From NCBI GenBank assembly GCA_036785375.1, contig JAWMAR010000388.1, forward strand, positions 1 through 64,000: a stretch of DNA of 64,000 nt, read 5' to 3'. Below, in pieces: positions 13,617 through 25,644 of this stretch. The notes below the pieces were generated by a model that saw only the letters and a list, made by a program, of their open reading frames with translations, did no database searches and was not told the DNA's origin. The position numbers and the translations under genes are program-made. The stretch is from Leucoraja ocellata (lineage: Eukaryota). Numbering within the stretch: the first letter of the stretch is position 1; each line of letters starts with the position of its first letter.

Positions 13617-13625
13617 TCACTTGAC
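13617..13625 (-). CDS. IGHM: IgM TM2 exon coding part (VK*)
   Basis: Polypyrimidine tract plus ttacag|GTC AAG TGA, giving the conserved KVK cytoplasmic tail. Confidence 0.92.
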   Translation of the reverse strand, partial: VK

Positions 13626-13759
13626 CTGTAAAGAGAGGGAGAGAATATGAAAGTGTATTAGCAGTCTGTGACTAAGATGCCAGGACATCCAATGAGTAGG
13701 ACAATCCCTATTTTGCCGTACACTTCAATCAGGTGGAAAAGTAAGTGCAATGGACTCAC

Positions 13760-13887
13760 CTTCGCCAGAGTTACGGCAGCACCGTAGGAAATGCTCAGGA
13801 AGAACAAGATAATGAATGTGGAAGCGGTTGTCCAGATATTGTCTCTGTCTTCCTCATAGTCCTCTAGAGGAACGTTGTCGGCGTAAT
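13760..13887 (-). CDS. IGHM: IgM TM1 exon (DYADNVPLEDYEEDRDNIWTTASTFIILFFLSISYGAAVTLAK)
   Basis: Acceptor gcgtag| at 13888-13889, donor GTGAGT at 13759. Acidic spacer plus antigen-receptor TM motif; in phase with the CH4 cryptic donor. Confidence 0.95.
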
Positions 13888-14944
13888 CTACGCAAAGCAG
13901 AACGCGAAGACGTTCACAATATATTCTAATCATTGTATTGTATTTATTATTTACCAAATTAATAGGGATATTAATATTAGGGATATTAATTTCCTATGAG
14001 CTGTTTTTACGTTGAGGTGATCATCCATCCTCAACAATTGTATCCACAACCATGGCCACTTGTAGACACAGCTGCTAATAAACAGCCGTTTATGAATAGT
14101 TTGGGGAAAGCAATGTGTTTGCATATTTCTGGGATTCATTACTCATTCTATAAACGTCCGCTTCCCATTAATATATTTTACTAACCAGGATGGTATAACA
14201 CTTGGAGCTGGTTATTGCTTACAATGTTATCAGATAACCCTGTATTTGGATATGGTGACCGGAGCTCGGTGAAGGAACTCACTGAATGGAAACATTGGCT
14301 CCCAATAATGTGCCATAATTCCCACATTAGAACCCTGTTGGCTGATGTATCCTGTTTTCGGTTAGGGGATGGAGGAAGGCTTGTGTACACAAATATAACT
14401 TTGAACCATTTGATAGGCATTATATTTCTAGTGTAGATATGGAGCATGTATGATCTACGGTTATACTTAGTTGTTAGGAACGCGGGGAAAACTACTGGAT
14501 AAATGATCTGATTGGCCCTTCCGTTTACCTGTAACTAGCTAGATGTGTATCATCATGTATAAGTTTGCTTAAATTCTAACNNNNNNNNNNNNNNNNNNNN
14601 NNNNNNNNNNNNNNNNNNNNNNNNNNNNNNNNNNNNNNNNNNNNNNNNNNNNNNNNNNNNNNNNNNNNNNNNNNNNNNNNNNNNNNNNNNNNNNNNNNNN
14701 NNNNNNNNNNNNNNNNNNNNNNNNNNNNNNNNNNNNNNNNNNNNNNGGGTTGTTGTGGAAAACCTATTTCGACATCAATCAGCATTTAAGCAGAAGAAAA
14801 ATATAATATGAGCCAATAAATCTACTAACGTGTATTATTGACACAGGGATTTTGCTTTGAAAGTCCATTGGTATTAAAGTGAGAGCCTAAATGCATTTGT
14901 GTTGTATTAATGTGGGTTTTTTTGTGCAAATATGCGCTTTTACA

Positions 14945-15670
14945 AGGTTGAACAAGTTAGGGCTTTATTCTTTGGAGCGCAGAAGGTTAAGGGGGAACTT
15001 GATAGAGGTTTTTAAAATGATGAGAGGGATAGAGTTTACGTGGATAAGCTTTTCCCACTGAGAGTAGGGAAGATTCAAACAAGGGGACATGAGAATTAAG
15101 GGACAGAAGTTTAGGGGTAACATGAGGGGGAACTTCTTTACTCAGAGAGTGGTGGCTGTGTGGAATGAGCTTCCAGTGAAGGTGGTGGAGGCAGGTTCGT
15201 TTTTATAATTTAAAAATAAATTGGATAGTTATATGGACGAGACAGGAATGGAGGGTGATGGTCTGAACGCAGGTATATGGGACTAGGGGAGAATACTTGT
15301 TCGGCACGGACTAGAAGGGTCGAGATGGCCTGTTTCCGTGCTGTAATTGTTATATGGTCATATGGTTTATATGGTTTAGCTAACCGTTCCTATTATTTTG
15401 CATTTCAAAGAATGTTTGATTGCTGGTGTGTTTAGGTGGATGTCCATGTGCTATGGGGTAAGCATGTCGTTAATTGCGTTTTATGTATGTTTCTATGCGA
15501 CCCCATAAATACCATATAACCATATAACCATATAACAATTACAGCACGGAAACAGGCCATCTCGGCCCTACAAGTCCATGCCGAACAAATGTTTTTCCCC
15601 TTAGTCCCACCTGCCTGCACTCGTACCATAACCCTCCATTCCCTTCTCATCCATATGCCTATCCAATTTA
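14945..15670. mobile_element. Two tail-to-tail CR1 3' fragments in the CH4-TM1 intron (plus 14945-15375; minus 15510-15670)
   Basis: Same 3' UTR and tail as the 5840-6410 and 11735-12400 copies. Confidence 0.85.
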
Positions 15671-16830
15671 TGCCTATCCAAATGATCCAAATCCATATGC
15701 CTATCCAAATGATTTTATTTGTGTGCGCTTGCTGATGTTTTGTGGTGAGTAAGCTTCGTGTACATCAGGGGGAGAACTGGAAACGGACATGGCCTTGTCT
15801 AATGCTCGAGCCGCATCTGATATTTGGATCTAAGTTTGTGTCTCACGAGCCACTCATAGCGGTTATCCCATCAATCGCCTGCACACATTGTGATGCCCGT
15901 TTAATAACTGAACGCCACAGCATTCTGGAGCCGGAGTTAAATGGCCCACTTCATGGGAACAATCTATAATGGTGACACTTTATTCTTGTTCTTTACGTTC
16001 CACATCGTTGTACTTAGCATTACGTTGCTTTCATTAATATATGGATTTTCCTCTCTCATTCCTNNNNNNNNNNNNNNNNNNNNNNNNNNNNNNNNNNNNN
16101 NNNNNNNNNNNNNNNNNNNNNNNNNNNNNNNNNNNNNNNNNNNNNNNNNNNNNNNNNNNNNNNNNNNNNNNNNNNNNNNNNNNNNNNNNNNNNNNNNNNN
16201 NNNNNNNNNNNNNNNNNNNNNNNNNNNNNNNNNNNNNNNNNNNNNNNNNNNNNNNNNNNNNNNNNNNNNNNNNNNNNNNNNNNNNNNNNNNNNNNNNNNN
16301 NNNNNNNNNNNNNNNNNNNNNNNNNNNNNNNNNNNNNNNNNNNNNNNNNTGAGTGCGCGTGTGTGTGTGAGTGTGCGTGNNNNNNNNNNNNNNNNNNNNN
16401 NNNNNNNNNNNNNNNNNNNNNNNNNNNNNNNNNNNNNNNNNNNNNNNNNNNNNNNNNNNNNNNNNNNNNNNNNNNNNNNNNNNNNNNNNNNNNNNNNNNN
16501 NNNNNNNNNNNNNNNNNNNNNNNNNNNNNNNNNNNNNNNNNNNNNNNNNNNNNNNNNNNNNNNNNNNNNNNNNNNNNNNNNNNNNNNNNNNNNNNNNNNN
16601 NTGTCCAGCAAGAGCGATAATGTTGAAGTGTGTCCGCGATGCGTGCAGTGGTGCAGCTGTGACTCATCTCCAAAACCCCGACGTTACTGTGCCGTCTACA
16701 TGCGTTTTCAGTAAATTGTCGCCAAGATTTTCAATATTCTACGTTAATATATAGTCATCGTTTTGACAGAATGTTTTATATAATTAATTGGGTGGCCACG
16801 TGTTCAGCTCAAGATTGGAGGTTAAAGATA

Positions 16831-16846
16831 TTTATTAGCATTTATT
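16831..16846 (-). terminator. Secretory-form polyadenylation signals (2 x AATAAA)
   Basis: TTTATT on plus strand at 16831-16836 and 16841-16846, about 30-45 nt downstream of the secretory stop. Confidence 0.75.
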
Positions 16847-16873
16847 TCAGAGGAATTTGAAACTAATTCATTC

Positions 16874-17265
16874 TCATTGACATGAATTGACAGTGTCCAT
16901 TAATACAAGGGAAACGTTGACAAAACTGGGTTTACCGCTGGACTTATTGACCGTTCTGACGATGGTCTTCATGGGGAGTGCTTCGTGCCCCACTAGACAG
17001 GAGAAGGAGGCTCCGCTAGCCCACTCCTCTGCCCCAACGGATAACAGGCTGTATGTGAAGAAGGTATCATTGCCGTTCTCCGCCTCCACCTCGGTGTTCT
17101 TGTACTTGCTCTCATCCACCCGCTTGTCATCAAGTGTCCACGTGACGAAGACCCTGCGAGGGGAGAATCCTCTCACGAAGCAGGTGAGGGTGATAGTCTT
17201 GTGGGCGGAGATTTCTTCTGTCGGCGGCAGAAGGACTGAGACGGAAGGTGGCAGCAGATGTTGAC
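16874..17265 (-). CDS. IGHM: IgM heavy chain CH4 exon plus secretory tailpiece (...[25 protein letters not shown])
   Basis: Acceptor ccctag| at 17266-17267. Tailpiece has an NVS glycan sequon and penultimate Cys, as in elasmobranch IgM. Internal donor AGCG|GTAAAC at 16936/16935 serves the membrane form. Confidence 0.97.
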
Positions 17266-18364
17266 CTAGGGAACAATTGAAATTGCGTTTATTATACAAG
17301 ACGGTTAAAGCGATTAAAAGCTAATATATCCGTGAGTAAACTGCCAACCGACAGTATTAACGGCATTGCATTCCCCTTTTGTGACTTGTCTCTTTGTTCA
17401 GACATATACACCTGAATGTGCGTCTCTCCTGTGCACGGCAGAAGATTTGTATGAATCACTTCACACACTCACAACACAAGATCAAGCCAAGCGCCCTCTC
17501 TGATCCGTGTTATTTCTGATGGCCATGGTTGACTCTGCTCCTTTTGTCATTTATTGCTAAATGCAGTTGAATGAGACGTTATCAACCCATGGCAGGAGTA
17601 GTTAGTGGATGCCAGCGGAGAATGCTGAGCGTACAAGGTGATGCTTTGTGAAGTGCGTTTTCGAAATCGATGCAAATGATGGAATTGTAAAATGAATTCA
17701 GGGGGTCGCAGGAAACAAAGAGCACGTCAGACAGTGTGTACGCAAAAAGAGATGCCTTTGTATGATGTGGGGAAATGACCCATTCTTAAGTTGCAGAGAT
17801 AATGTTGGACGGAGTTGAGAGTAAAAAGGGAATTTGGAAATGGCCATTTTGACCTGGACAATACAAGCAAAATGCAAAACAAAACACTCCTAGGCTCTTT
17901 GTCTGCGGTCTTCCTCGGTGTTATATCTAATCCCTATGGCAAGCTTTCAGAATGGCATTCCTCCGATCGTTTGTGTAGATGCAGACCATTGGAGCCAATA
18001 TTAAATGTTCTGCATTAAGTTGACGTCTTTCCGATATACGGCTTTTGAAGGTTTTGGGGTTTTTTTTCGAATAACTTGTTTCATGTGCCTAGCTCAGAAA
18101 CGGGCATTTCTGCAACTCGAGAGTATCTGCGATCTACTGGTAATTTGGTGGGCAAACCCATATCCCTGCAAGTTACAACACTCATTTCATGCAAAGTCAT
18201 CTCGTATTCTCTCTTTTCCAGCTCTGACCAAGGACTCAGTGAAGTCTTAGCACTATTTCATTTTGCATAGATATTGCTTCGCCGACGGAGTGATCTCAAT
18301 CATTTATTTTAGCTTTATCTCAGAAGAAAAGTGCACCAGTCACCTCTGGCCCACACCGGCTCAC

Positions 18365-18667
18365 CTTTCTTCCAGTTGATTCGTTCAGTTTTTGGCTTTG
18401 GCATATTACCATGGCTCACCACGCATTCGAAATAATCCCCACTCAGCCAGTCTTGAGTCGAAATGTTGACTTTGCTCTCTACGATATCTGCACGTCCTGT
18501 GGGCTGGATGTATGATACCAAATGTACATTCCCACGTTTCCAAGATACTGTGATACCATCAGGTGCATCGGATACCAGACAGGTTAACGTCCCGGTCATC
18601 TCCATTAACTCTTGTTCAACTTGTGGTGGGAGGATTTTAATAATCAGTTTGTCGCAGGAATCACCAT
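18365..18667 (-). CDS. IGHM: IgM heavy chain CH3 exon (DGDSCDKLIIKILPPQVEQELMEMTGTLTCLVS...VSWKR...YFECVVSHGNMPKPKTERINWKK)
   Basis: 303 nt; acceptor ccacag|, donor GTGAGC. C1-set motifs in provided ORF 18315..18875. Confidence 0.95.
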
Positions 18668-19118
18668 CTGTGGCACAATAATGAATGTGAACATAAGCAT
18701 TTGCAGGAGTAACCGGGATCGAAGGTTTACACCAATCATCCGCCCCCAAAACTTGAATATGTACATGACCCCTTCTGATTAGTGATTCTGGGAACATGGG
18801 TCCTAAATCGTCATGAACTGACTTTTGTCTCTGTGCAGAGAACGACACAATAAATGAAATGAGAGGTCGCATCATGGGCTATACCACGCTAGACACGCAG
18901 AGCTGGAGTACTGTAACTCAGCGGGTCAGGCACCATCTCTGCAGAAAATGAATACATGCTGTTTCTGGTCGAGACCCTCCTTTAGACTGAGAGTCTGGGT
19001 GGGGTGGGGGGGGGGGGGGGGGGGGTGTAGAAGTATTAATAGGTACAAATAAAAAAACAACCGTGAGCGCTAATGTTTACACTAATATCCCGAGACACAC
19101 CACGGATGTATTTCTTAC

Positions 19119-19436
19119 CTGGAGACATACTGATGTTTTGGCTTTTCAAATCTTTTTCATGGTTGACTTGGCAGGTATAGACGAAATCTCCGAACCACTC
19201 TTCAGCTGTGAATGTCAACTGGCTGGTCGCCGAGAAGTTACCGGTACCGTTCACCTGGAAGGCGGGAGAGGTGACGATGCCAGAATCCAATGGCTTTCCA
19301 TTCTTCAGCCAGTTCACAGTAAATATGGCTGGGGTGAAATCGTTGACCAAACACACGGCGATCGCTTTTCTGCTGCGCTTAATTTCATCAAGAGCAGTTA
19401 TGGTAATGGTGACGGTAGGATGATGTACCACGCGGA
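19119..19436 (-). CDS. IGHM: IgM heavy chain CH2 exon (VRVVHHPTVTIT...AVCLVNDFTPAIFTVNWLKNGK...YTCQVNHEKDLKSQNISMSP)
   Basis: 318 nt; acceptor tttcag|, donor GTAAGA. C1-set motifs in provided ORF 19036..19470. Confidence 0.95.
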
Positions 19437-20299
19437 CTGAAAGGAAATAAACTTCATTGGAATTGCTCATCGTCGATTAATAATGACACCCAATATTTTC
19501 ACCAAAAACATAATCACATTTTCTGATTAAAAGTAACCGTCCACTCACTTGGACTTCCCGAGATGCTACTAAATTCGTTGTTTATCATGGTACATCGAGT
19601 GCTCGTAAATGGATAACTTATAGTTCGGTGTCGTTGTCACAGGGATGTAATGGGCCGACTTCTGCTTTTGTCCACTGTGACTGTGTCTGTGCTTTTAATA
19701 TTCTTGATAATGTTCTCAACATGATGCACTCAGCCGCTTCGATTGTTCGCCAGTTAAAATGTAACGTATCTATGTATAGATCAGTTCCTCGCGAATTATA
19801 TGGACGGGCTGGTGATGATAATAAATTGATCAGCACTCTTTTCAAACTCTCTACAAGTATTTTTTTAATGTTTTAGGATTTTGTGAATGGTGAATTGTCT
19901 CGATATTTGAAGCACCGCCTTTCGTTCCGTCACAAGAACGCTTCGGTAATATGAATATCGTTCTCGCCCCTCGGTGCCTGGAAACAAAACTCACCGTTTT
20001 GTCCAAACAACAGCAGATGTTGTTTGATTTTTTTTTTAAAGCGAAAGGCTGGAATAATGTGGCGGGTGGTTTAAGTGTTTTTGGTCTTTGGTGGTTATGT
20101 TGAGAATAGAGTTTCATCCGTGTTCCAGATGTTACATCACATCTGTGGATGCAGCTACACTTACACATCCCTATATAGACATGAATTGTCTGTCTTTGAC
20201 CAGGTGGATCGTGGAGCTCAGATGAGCGTTCGACATTCAGTATGACATGAAGAATAAAACCGAACAGGGCACATTAGGTCAAGTACTTATCTTCAATTG

Positions 20300-20748
20300 T
20301 CAAATCCCGCGAATTATATGGATTGCATCACGGCCTGGTTCGGCAACTTGAACATCCAGGAGCGGAAAAGATTGCAAAAGGTTGTGACCCCTGCCCATTC
20401 CATAACCGGCTCGGACCCCCCCCCCCCCCCCCCCTCCTCACATCATCAAAGGGATGTAATGGAGTCGCTGCCTCAAAAAGGCATCCAACATCATCAGAGA
20501 CCCACACCATCCTGGCCACACACTCATCTCACCACTGCCATCGGGAGGAAGGTACAGGAGCCTGAGAACTAACGTCCAGGTTGAGGAACAGCTTCTTCCC
20601 TACAACCATCAGGCTATTAAACATTACAACATCATATGCTCTGAACTACAATAGTTATTGTATTATTATTGCAGTTATTGTTTGTTTTGAGTATGTGTGC
20701 ATGTTCTATCTGGGACATATGACAATAAAACATTCTTGACTCTCGACT
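20300..20748 (+). mobile_element. Rex1/Babar LINE 3' fragment in the CH1-CH2 intron
   Basis: CITAWFGN...RKRLQKVV...HPGH-like region and aacagcttcttccc; aataaa plus ttgactc tail. Confidence 0.8.
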
Positions 20749-20790
20749 CTCAACTCCACCCTCGGCCTCGCGGTGCACCCCAACACAAAC

Positions 20791-21087
20791 CTGGTACTTT
20801 CACTTTATACTCGTTCTGGTTGTGCTGAACCACGCAGAAGATGTCACCTCCCGCTGCCGCCGCCGCGGTGATGGTTAACTCGCTGCTCCGGGTATAAGTT
20901 CCCAACTTATTGAACACTGCCGGGTAGTCCTTCACTCCGGTCTCCAGTTGTATATCATCTTTCTTCCAAGAAACACTGGCGCCCGCAGGGGAGTAGCCCA
21001 ACGCCAAACAACCATAGGTGAACGAACCACCGGAGCCTTGATCCTCGCAGGTGAAGAGAATGAAGGGACAGGGCGCGGATGGAGCCG
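20791..21087 (-). CDS. IGHM: IgM heavy chain CH1 exon (AAPSAPCPFILFTCEDQGSGGSFTYGCLALGYSPAGASVSWKK...DIFCVVQHNQNEYKVKVP)
   Basis: 297 nt; acceptor tttgcag| at 21088-21089, donor GTTTGT at 20790. C1-set Cys-Trp-Cys plus the light-chain-linking Cys (FTCE). Confidence 0.92.
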
Positions 21088-21375
21088 CTGCAAAGCAAAG
21101 GCCACATGAATGTTAAACTCTCTCTCTCTCTCTCTTGTCTATTTCATGCAACTTCACCTGAGTATCACACACTATTAGTTAATCACTCCGCCTTGATCCC
21201 ACCTTGGAAAACATTGGCTGAAAACGTCTTGGGTGCCAATATCTGGCAGTTACTGCCAAATGTACGCACAATTTCGAGTTGGAAATATATCGATAGGCCT
21301 CCAGTATTAATTACTGTAAAATTCCCAGCATTTCTCAGGAATTCTCAATGGCTATAACTAACGTTGGCGTATGTG

Positions 21376-21800
21376 TTACAATCTCACCAAACTCCTTGTT
21401 GCGACTGGGGATGATGGAGCAAGGGCGGATCTACGGGATACAGTGTAGACACGTGTGAGAGTCTCGTCTATTGTAAAAGTGGAGAATACCCGCTCCCTAA
21501 AGAATGAGGACCTCGGATATCCTGGGATGGAACAACTCATCTTGGGAGCAGTTGCACGGAGATGGATGAATTTGGGAATAGGCCATAGAATCTTTGCAGG
21601 AGGCAAGGTTGGAAGAGGTGTAGTCCTGATAGCTGTGGGAGTCCGTAGATTTGTCATTTACGTCAGTCGATAGTCTATCTCCTGCGATGGAGACGGTGAG
21701 ATCAACAAAGGGGAGGTATGTGTCGGGGATAGACTCGGGGAATTTGATCGTACGGTCAAAGTTTGTAGACAATGAAGTCGATGAGTTCTGCATGGGTACA
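21376..21800 (-). mobile_element. Penelope-like RT fragment in the J-CH1 intron
   Basis: ORF 21497..21793 LPFVDLTVSIAGDRLSTDV..KSTDSHSY matches the Penelope RT C-terminal region and the copy at 38.4-38.7 kb. Confidence 0.8.
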
Positions 21801-22786
21801 GGAGGAAGAGTTCGGGGAATCGGCCAGTTTGTGTCAGGGGTTGTCCCGTGTACCCAACTAAATGGAAATTGGTGAAATGATGTGCAATGTTGGAAACAAC
21901 ATTTTCTCTGCTATTTGAATCGAACAGTTATCCCACTAATCCGTGAACAGAGTGGGAATTGAAATCAATGGTTCAAACGAGGGGTTGACTGACGTTCAAA
22001 ATTACATTTGCATTTATTTAATTAAAATTAAATAATTTTGGTAGGTTTCGCTTGGGCCACTGAGAGGGCCCGTGGCTAAACTTTTGATTTGAAGGAAGAG
22101 GGAAGAGTTTTTGTCATAAATGGTTCAGAGATTATCCGATAAAATCAGAAACAATGGAAGGATGGCTGTGGTTTCCACATCGGGTCCCGAACATAATTTG
22201 GGAGAAGACAAAAAATAAACAATCACAATCTTGTTCGTGTAATTTGGCCTTAAATGTGTCCATCGAACGGAACCAACTAAGGGGGTGAATGGGATTGAAA
22301 TGGTAGCGACAAATAACACACTTCAAATGTTACTTTTTAACTGTATTTTGTTGTCCCATCACTCACGAAAATATACCGATCATTTCTATGTCGACCGTAA
22401 TTGCAAGGACATTCCAAAAAGCAAACCAGCCGGCAAGAACATTACATTCATACCAGATTAAAAACATGTATGAGATTGCATTGGCAAGGATTAAAAAGAA
22501 CTCCCTCAATATAATATCTGAATTAGTAAAGGTTGTGTACCACAACTTCTGGAAACTAAATGTAGCATACAAATTGTAACAACATGTTAATTCTTCGTAA
22601 TTAAATAAATTGGCACATGTTTCAAATGTTTGTCTGTGTGCATCATTGCCTCAACGAATTCAATAATAATCAATTAAAATTAATGTTGATGCAATTCAGT
22701 TCAGTTTCCAGCATCTTTAAAACGAGTTTACGTTTACAATGTGATCGGCACGGAAGAACGAATGATTAACATTGTATCACTGTGTT

Positions 22787-22913
22787 TAAGAAGGAACTGC
22801 AGATGCTGGAAAATCGAAGGTACACAAAAAAGCTGGAGAAACTCAGCGGGTGCAGCAGCATCTACGGAGCGAAGGAAAAGGGCAACGTTTCGGGCCGAAC
22901 CCCTTCTTCAGAC
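22787..22913 (-). mobile_element. Short Penelope terminal fragment carrying a minimal hammerhead-like motif, in Ig sense orientation
   Basis: Minus strand CTGAAGA-AGGGGTTCGGCCC-GAAA-CGTT (22911-22884). Flanked by direct repeat AACATTGTATCACTGT (22768-22783, 22931-22946). Confidence 0.75.
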
Positions 22914-23744
22914 GGGTTTGTATCATTGTAAACATTGTATCACTGTCCGATAGGAAACGAATATCAAATACACCAATTATAAATTATAACCTGCAATCTA
23001 TTAAAACAATATCTGAGTTTGCTTCGTGACTTTAACAGGAAAAGGCTTTCATTCATATAGAGGAAGTTTACTTAGAATAGTGAAAATGCACAATGTTGCT
23101 AAATCAATGTCTTAATTAAATAAATGCAAATGTAAATTTGAACGCCACTCAAACCCTCCTTTAAGCCATGGATTTCAATTCGCACTCTGTTCAATGATTA
23201 ATGGGATACCCTGTTTTGTAATTAAAATTAAGATAGCGGAGTCAGGGGATATGGGGAGAAGGCAGGAAAGGGGACTGATTGGGGAAGATCAGCCATGATC
23301 ACATTAAATGTCGGTGCTAGCTCGAAGGACCGAATGGCCTCTACTCCTGCACCTATTGTCTAAATTAGCAGAGAAAATTCCGTTTCCAACATTCCATTTT
23401 TCCCAATTTCTCTTTTTTTTTACCGCAACTATTCGTAAAACGGACATTTTTCATTAGCAATTCAGTAGAGGAACATTTTGTTTAAATGACATTTGGAGCC
23501 ATAGACAAACACGAATTCAAATTCGCTTTCTAATAAATCCACGGATTACAAATTATTCAAGAACTGCATCCCCCGTTTTACATTCAACGCATTTTCCAAA
23601 TGGGAAAACTCGTGATCTTTGACAGAAAACAGAGAAATGGGTCATTGGGTTAGGCAGCATTTGTGGAAAGAGGAAAGCAAGCATTTGCCAGGTCGACTAT
23701 CGTTGGGAGAATAAACCATGGCGAATTCAGTTTCGATTAGAGAT

Positions 23745-23970
23745 ATAGCATAGAAATAGATCCTTCTGCCAACCAAATCCACGGCGACACACAAGTTCTA
23801 CGTTATCTCACCCCCGACCCACCCGGGTCAATCACCCGGGTCAATTAACCTGCAAACCTGCACTCTTTTGGGTTGTGGGAGGAAAGCAGAGAACCAGTAA
23901 CAAACCGCAGGGAGAACGCACAGTTCTTAGTCTGCACCTGATTTCGGGAACGAAGTCGTGTCTCTGGCGC
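23745..23970 (-). mobile_element. V-SINE (HE1-like) remnant in the J-CH1 intron
   Basis: caattaacctgcaaacctgcactcttttgggttgtgggaggaaa...cagggagaacg is the reverse of the V-SINE core also seen at 57030-57305. Confidence 0.6.
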
Positions 23971-25230
23971 TACCAGCTGTCATTCGACTCCCCTCTATGG
24001 GATGTGTCTTTCGCCACAGGCTGCGTGACCCTCTAGGTGTTTGCAACATTTACTCTTCCTATTTATGATTTCTAATAATTTCTTGTTATTTTTATTTTTA
24101 AACATATATCTTCTTTGCGTTTATTGAAATAACCGAATCGGACACTTCATACAACAGCAATACCCGGTCGCTGCCAATCGAATGGAACGTACAAACACAT
24201 CCAATTGCCCACCAAATATCGTCTCCCACAATGACCGGCTGAATCATACCGCCGATGGGATCAATCGCTTAACACAAATTTGCTGAAACTCTTCACAAAA
24301 ATCCAAATATCTCTGTCCAAAGACCACCGAAATTCATTGTTCCATTGACCACCGAGCCAATCATTGTTGAAATAACGAGGAATAACACAATACACGTGGA
24401 TTACATAGATAACATTTCCATATAATGTGAATTACATTCAGTTCCTCCGTCACGCTAGTTCCTCTGTCCCCTATTACACCCGGTACATTCTCATTCTGTA
24501 GATCGCGTTTCACGGACTTTGCTTTCTTAGCTTTGCTGTATCATTGGTTCACATGGCCAACTCATTGTACTTCAAGATAGACAAAAAAAAGTTGTAGTAA
24601 CTCAGCGGGAGAAGCAGAGTTACTCCAGCTTTGTGTCAATCGGCAACATAAATCAGCATCCACAGTTCCTCCCTATTCATTGTACTTCAAGATATATAAC
24701 TGACGCTGAACCTTGCTGTCTGTGTTTTGCTGCAAGAAAATTTTACTTCGTCCATGCAAGTTTTGTTAGCGATTGGATTAAAGTTGGCAAGGTGATTCCA
24801 CCAATTAATACATACACTTTAAAAACTTGAACATTTTACACCCAGGATTTATCCGTTTGTGTCGTTTGTTTCATATGCGCTGAGAAGAAACAAACTGAGA
24901 CAAAGTACCTGCTGTTGATCAGAAAATACAGTTCGATGCATCGCAGATCAAAGACCACAACAATCTCAAACAATTAGAAAGCCTGGTGAAAGCAAATTGA
25001 TGCACATTTTCCCACTAATTAGGAACTTAAACATAATCCGTTTCATAGTCAAAGGATCGAAAGTCATAGCACACAAGGCAAGTTTAAATCGTGAATCTTG
25101 CAGCGGAATCACATAACATTCTAAAGAATGGGTCATTAATGTAGAGGAACAATTTAATATAATTATTGGAAATATCGAGTAAAATTACAACTGGATACAT
25201 CTAGATACTGAATAGGATGAAGTTTCTTAC

Positions 25231-25278
25231 CGTTGGTTACCGTCAACATGGTGCCTCCTCCCCAGTAGCCAAGATAGT
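25231..25278 (-). CDS. IGHJ: IgH JH segment (YLGYWGGGTMLTVTN)
   Basis: WGxG motif, phase-1 donor GTAAGA at 25230, preceded by a 23-RSS. Confidence 0.96.
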
Positions 25279-25317
25279 CACAGTGTTACATTCTATGGGC
25301 TTCCTCACACAATAACA
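25279..25317 (+). other. 23-bp-spacer recombination signal sequence of JH
   Basis: Plus strand: heptamer CACAGTG (25279-25285), 23-nt spacer, nonamer ACAATAACA (25309-25317), abutting the J coding end. Confidence 0.93.
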
Positions 25318-25644
25318 TGATCTGCACAAGGTAGGCAAAAAATAACAGCATTCCTGTAATTATTCGTATTTCACATCGAAGGCGAATGACTTATTGCTCT
25401 TTGAAAATAATGAATGCGTTAAATAAATCATTTCCAACAATAATCAGATACCACGGCTCCGTGTATTAAACAGGGCAGTGAAATGTGATGAGAATTATCT
25501 ACATATAAAATACAAATTACTTCATGTTACCTACACAACAAAATGTGCGAAAATATCCCTGAACATGTTTATGCTCTTGTTGTATGAAATATTGAATTGC
25601 AAATATCATATACTGGCCCAGACCACCGTATTATGGGTTGTGGA

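Noticed and set aside
16655-16670. Overlapping CAGCTG/TGACTCA (E-box/AP-1) downstream of the secretory poly(A) as an enhancer
   Set aside because: A single short motif pair beside a gap is insufficient without conservation data.
14576-16754. Long ORFs spanning N runs (also 29528-29959, 30974-31594, 60969-61246)
   Set aside because: Artefacts of assembly gaps (14581-14746, 16064-16349, 16380-16601, 29603-29759, 31209-31527, 61039-61208). The gaps could hide sequence, but the Ig exon chain is complete without them.
13617-21087. IgW, IgNAR or a three-C-domain IgM1gj-type heavy chain
   Set aside because: There are four C exons, a CH1 with light-chain Cys, a [19 protein letters not shown] tailpiece and a KVK cytoplasmic tail, all indicating conventional-length IgM. 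J is not pre-joined.
21088-25230. Classical switch (S) region in the J-C intron
   Set aside because: No tandem AGCT/G-rich array; the intron is AT-rich unique DNA with small repeat fragments.
25318-25644. Additional unjoined D segment between V and J
   Set aside because: I found no CACAGTG/CACTGTG-like heptamer pair with nonamers in this interval.
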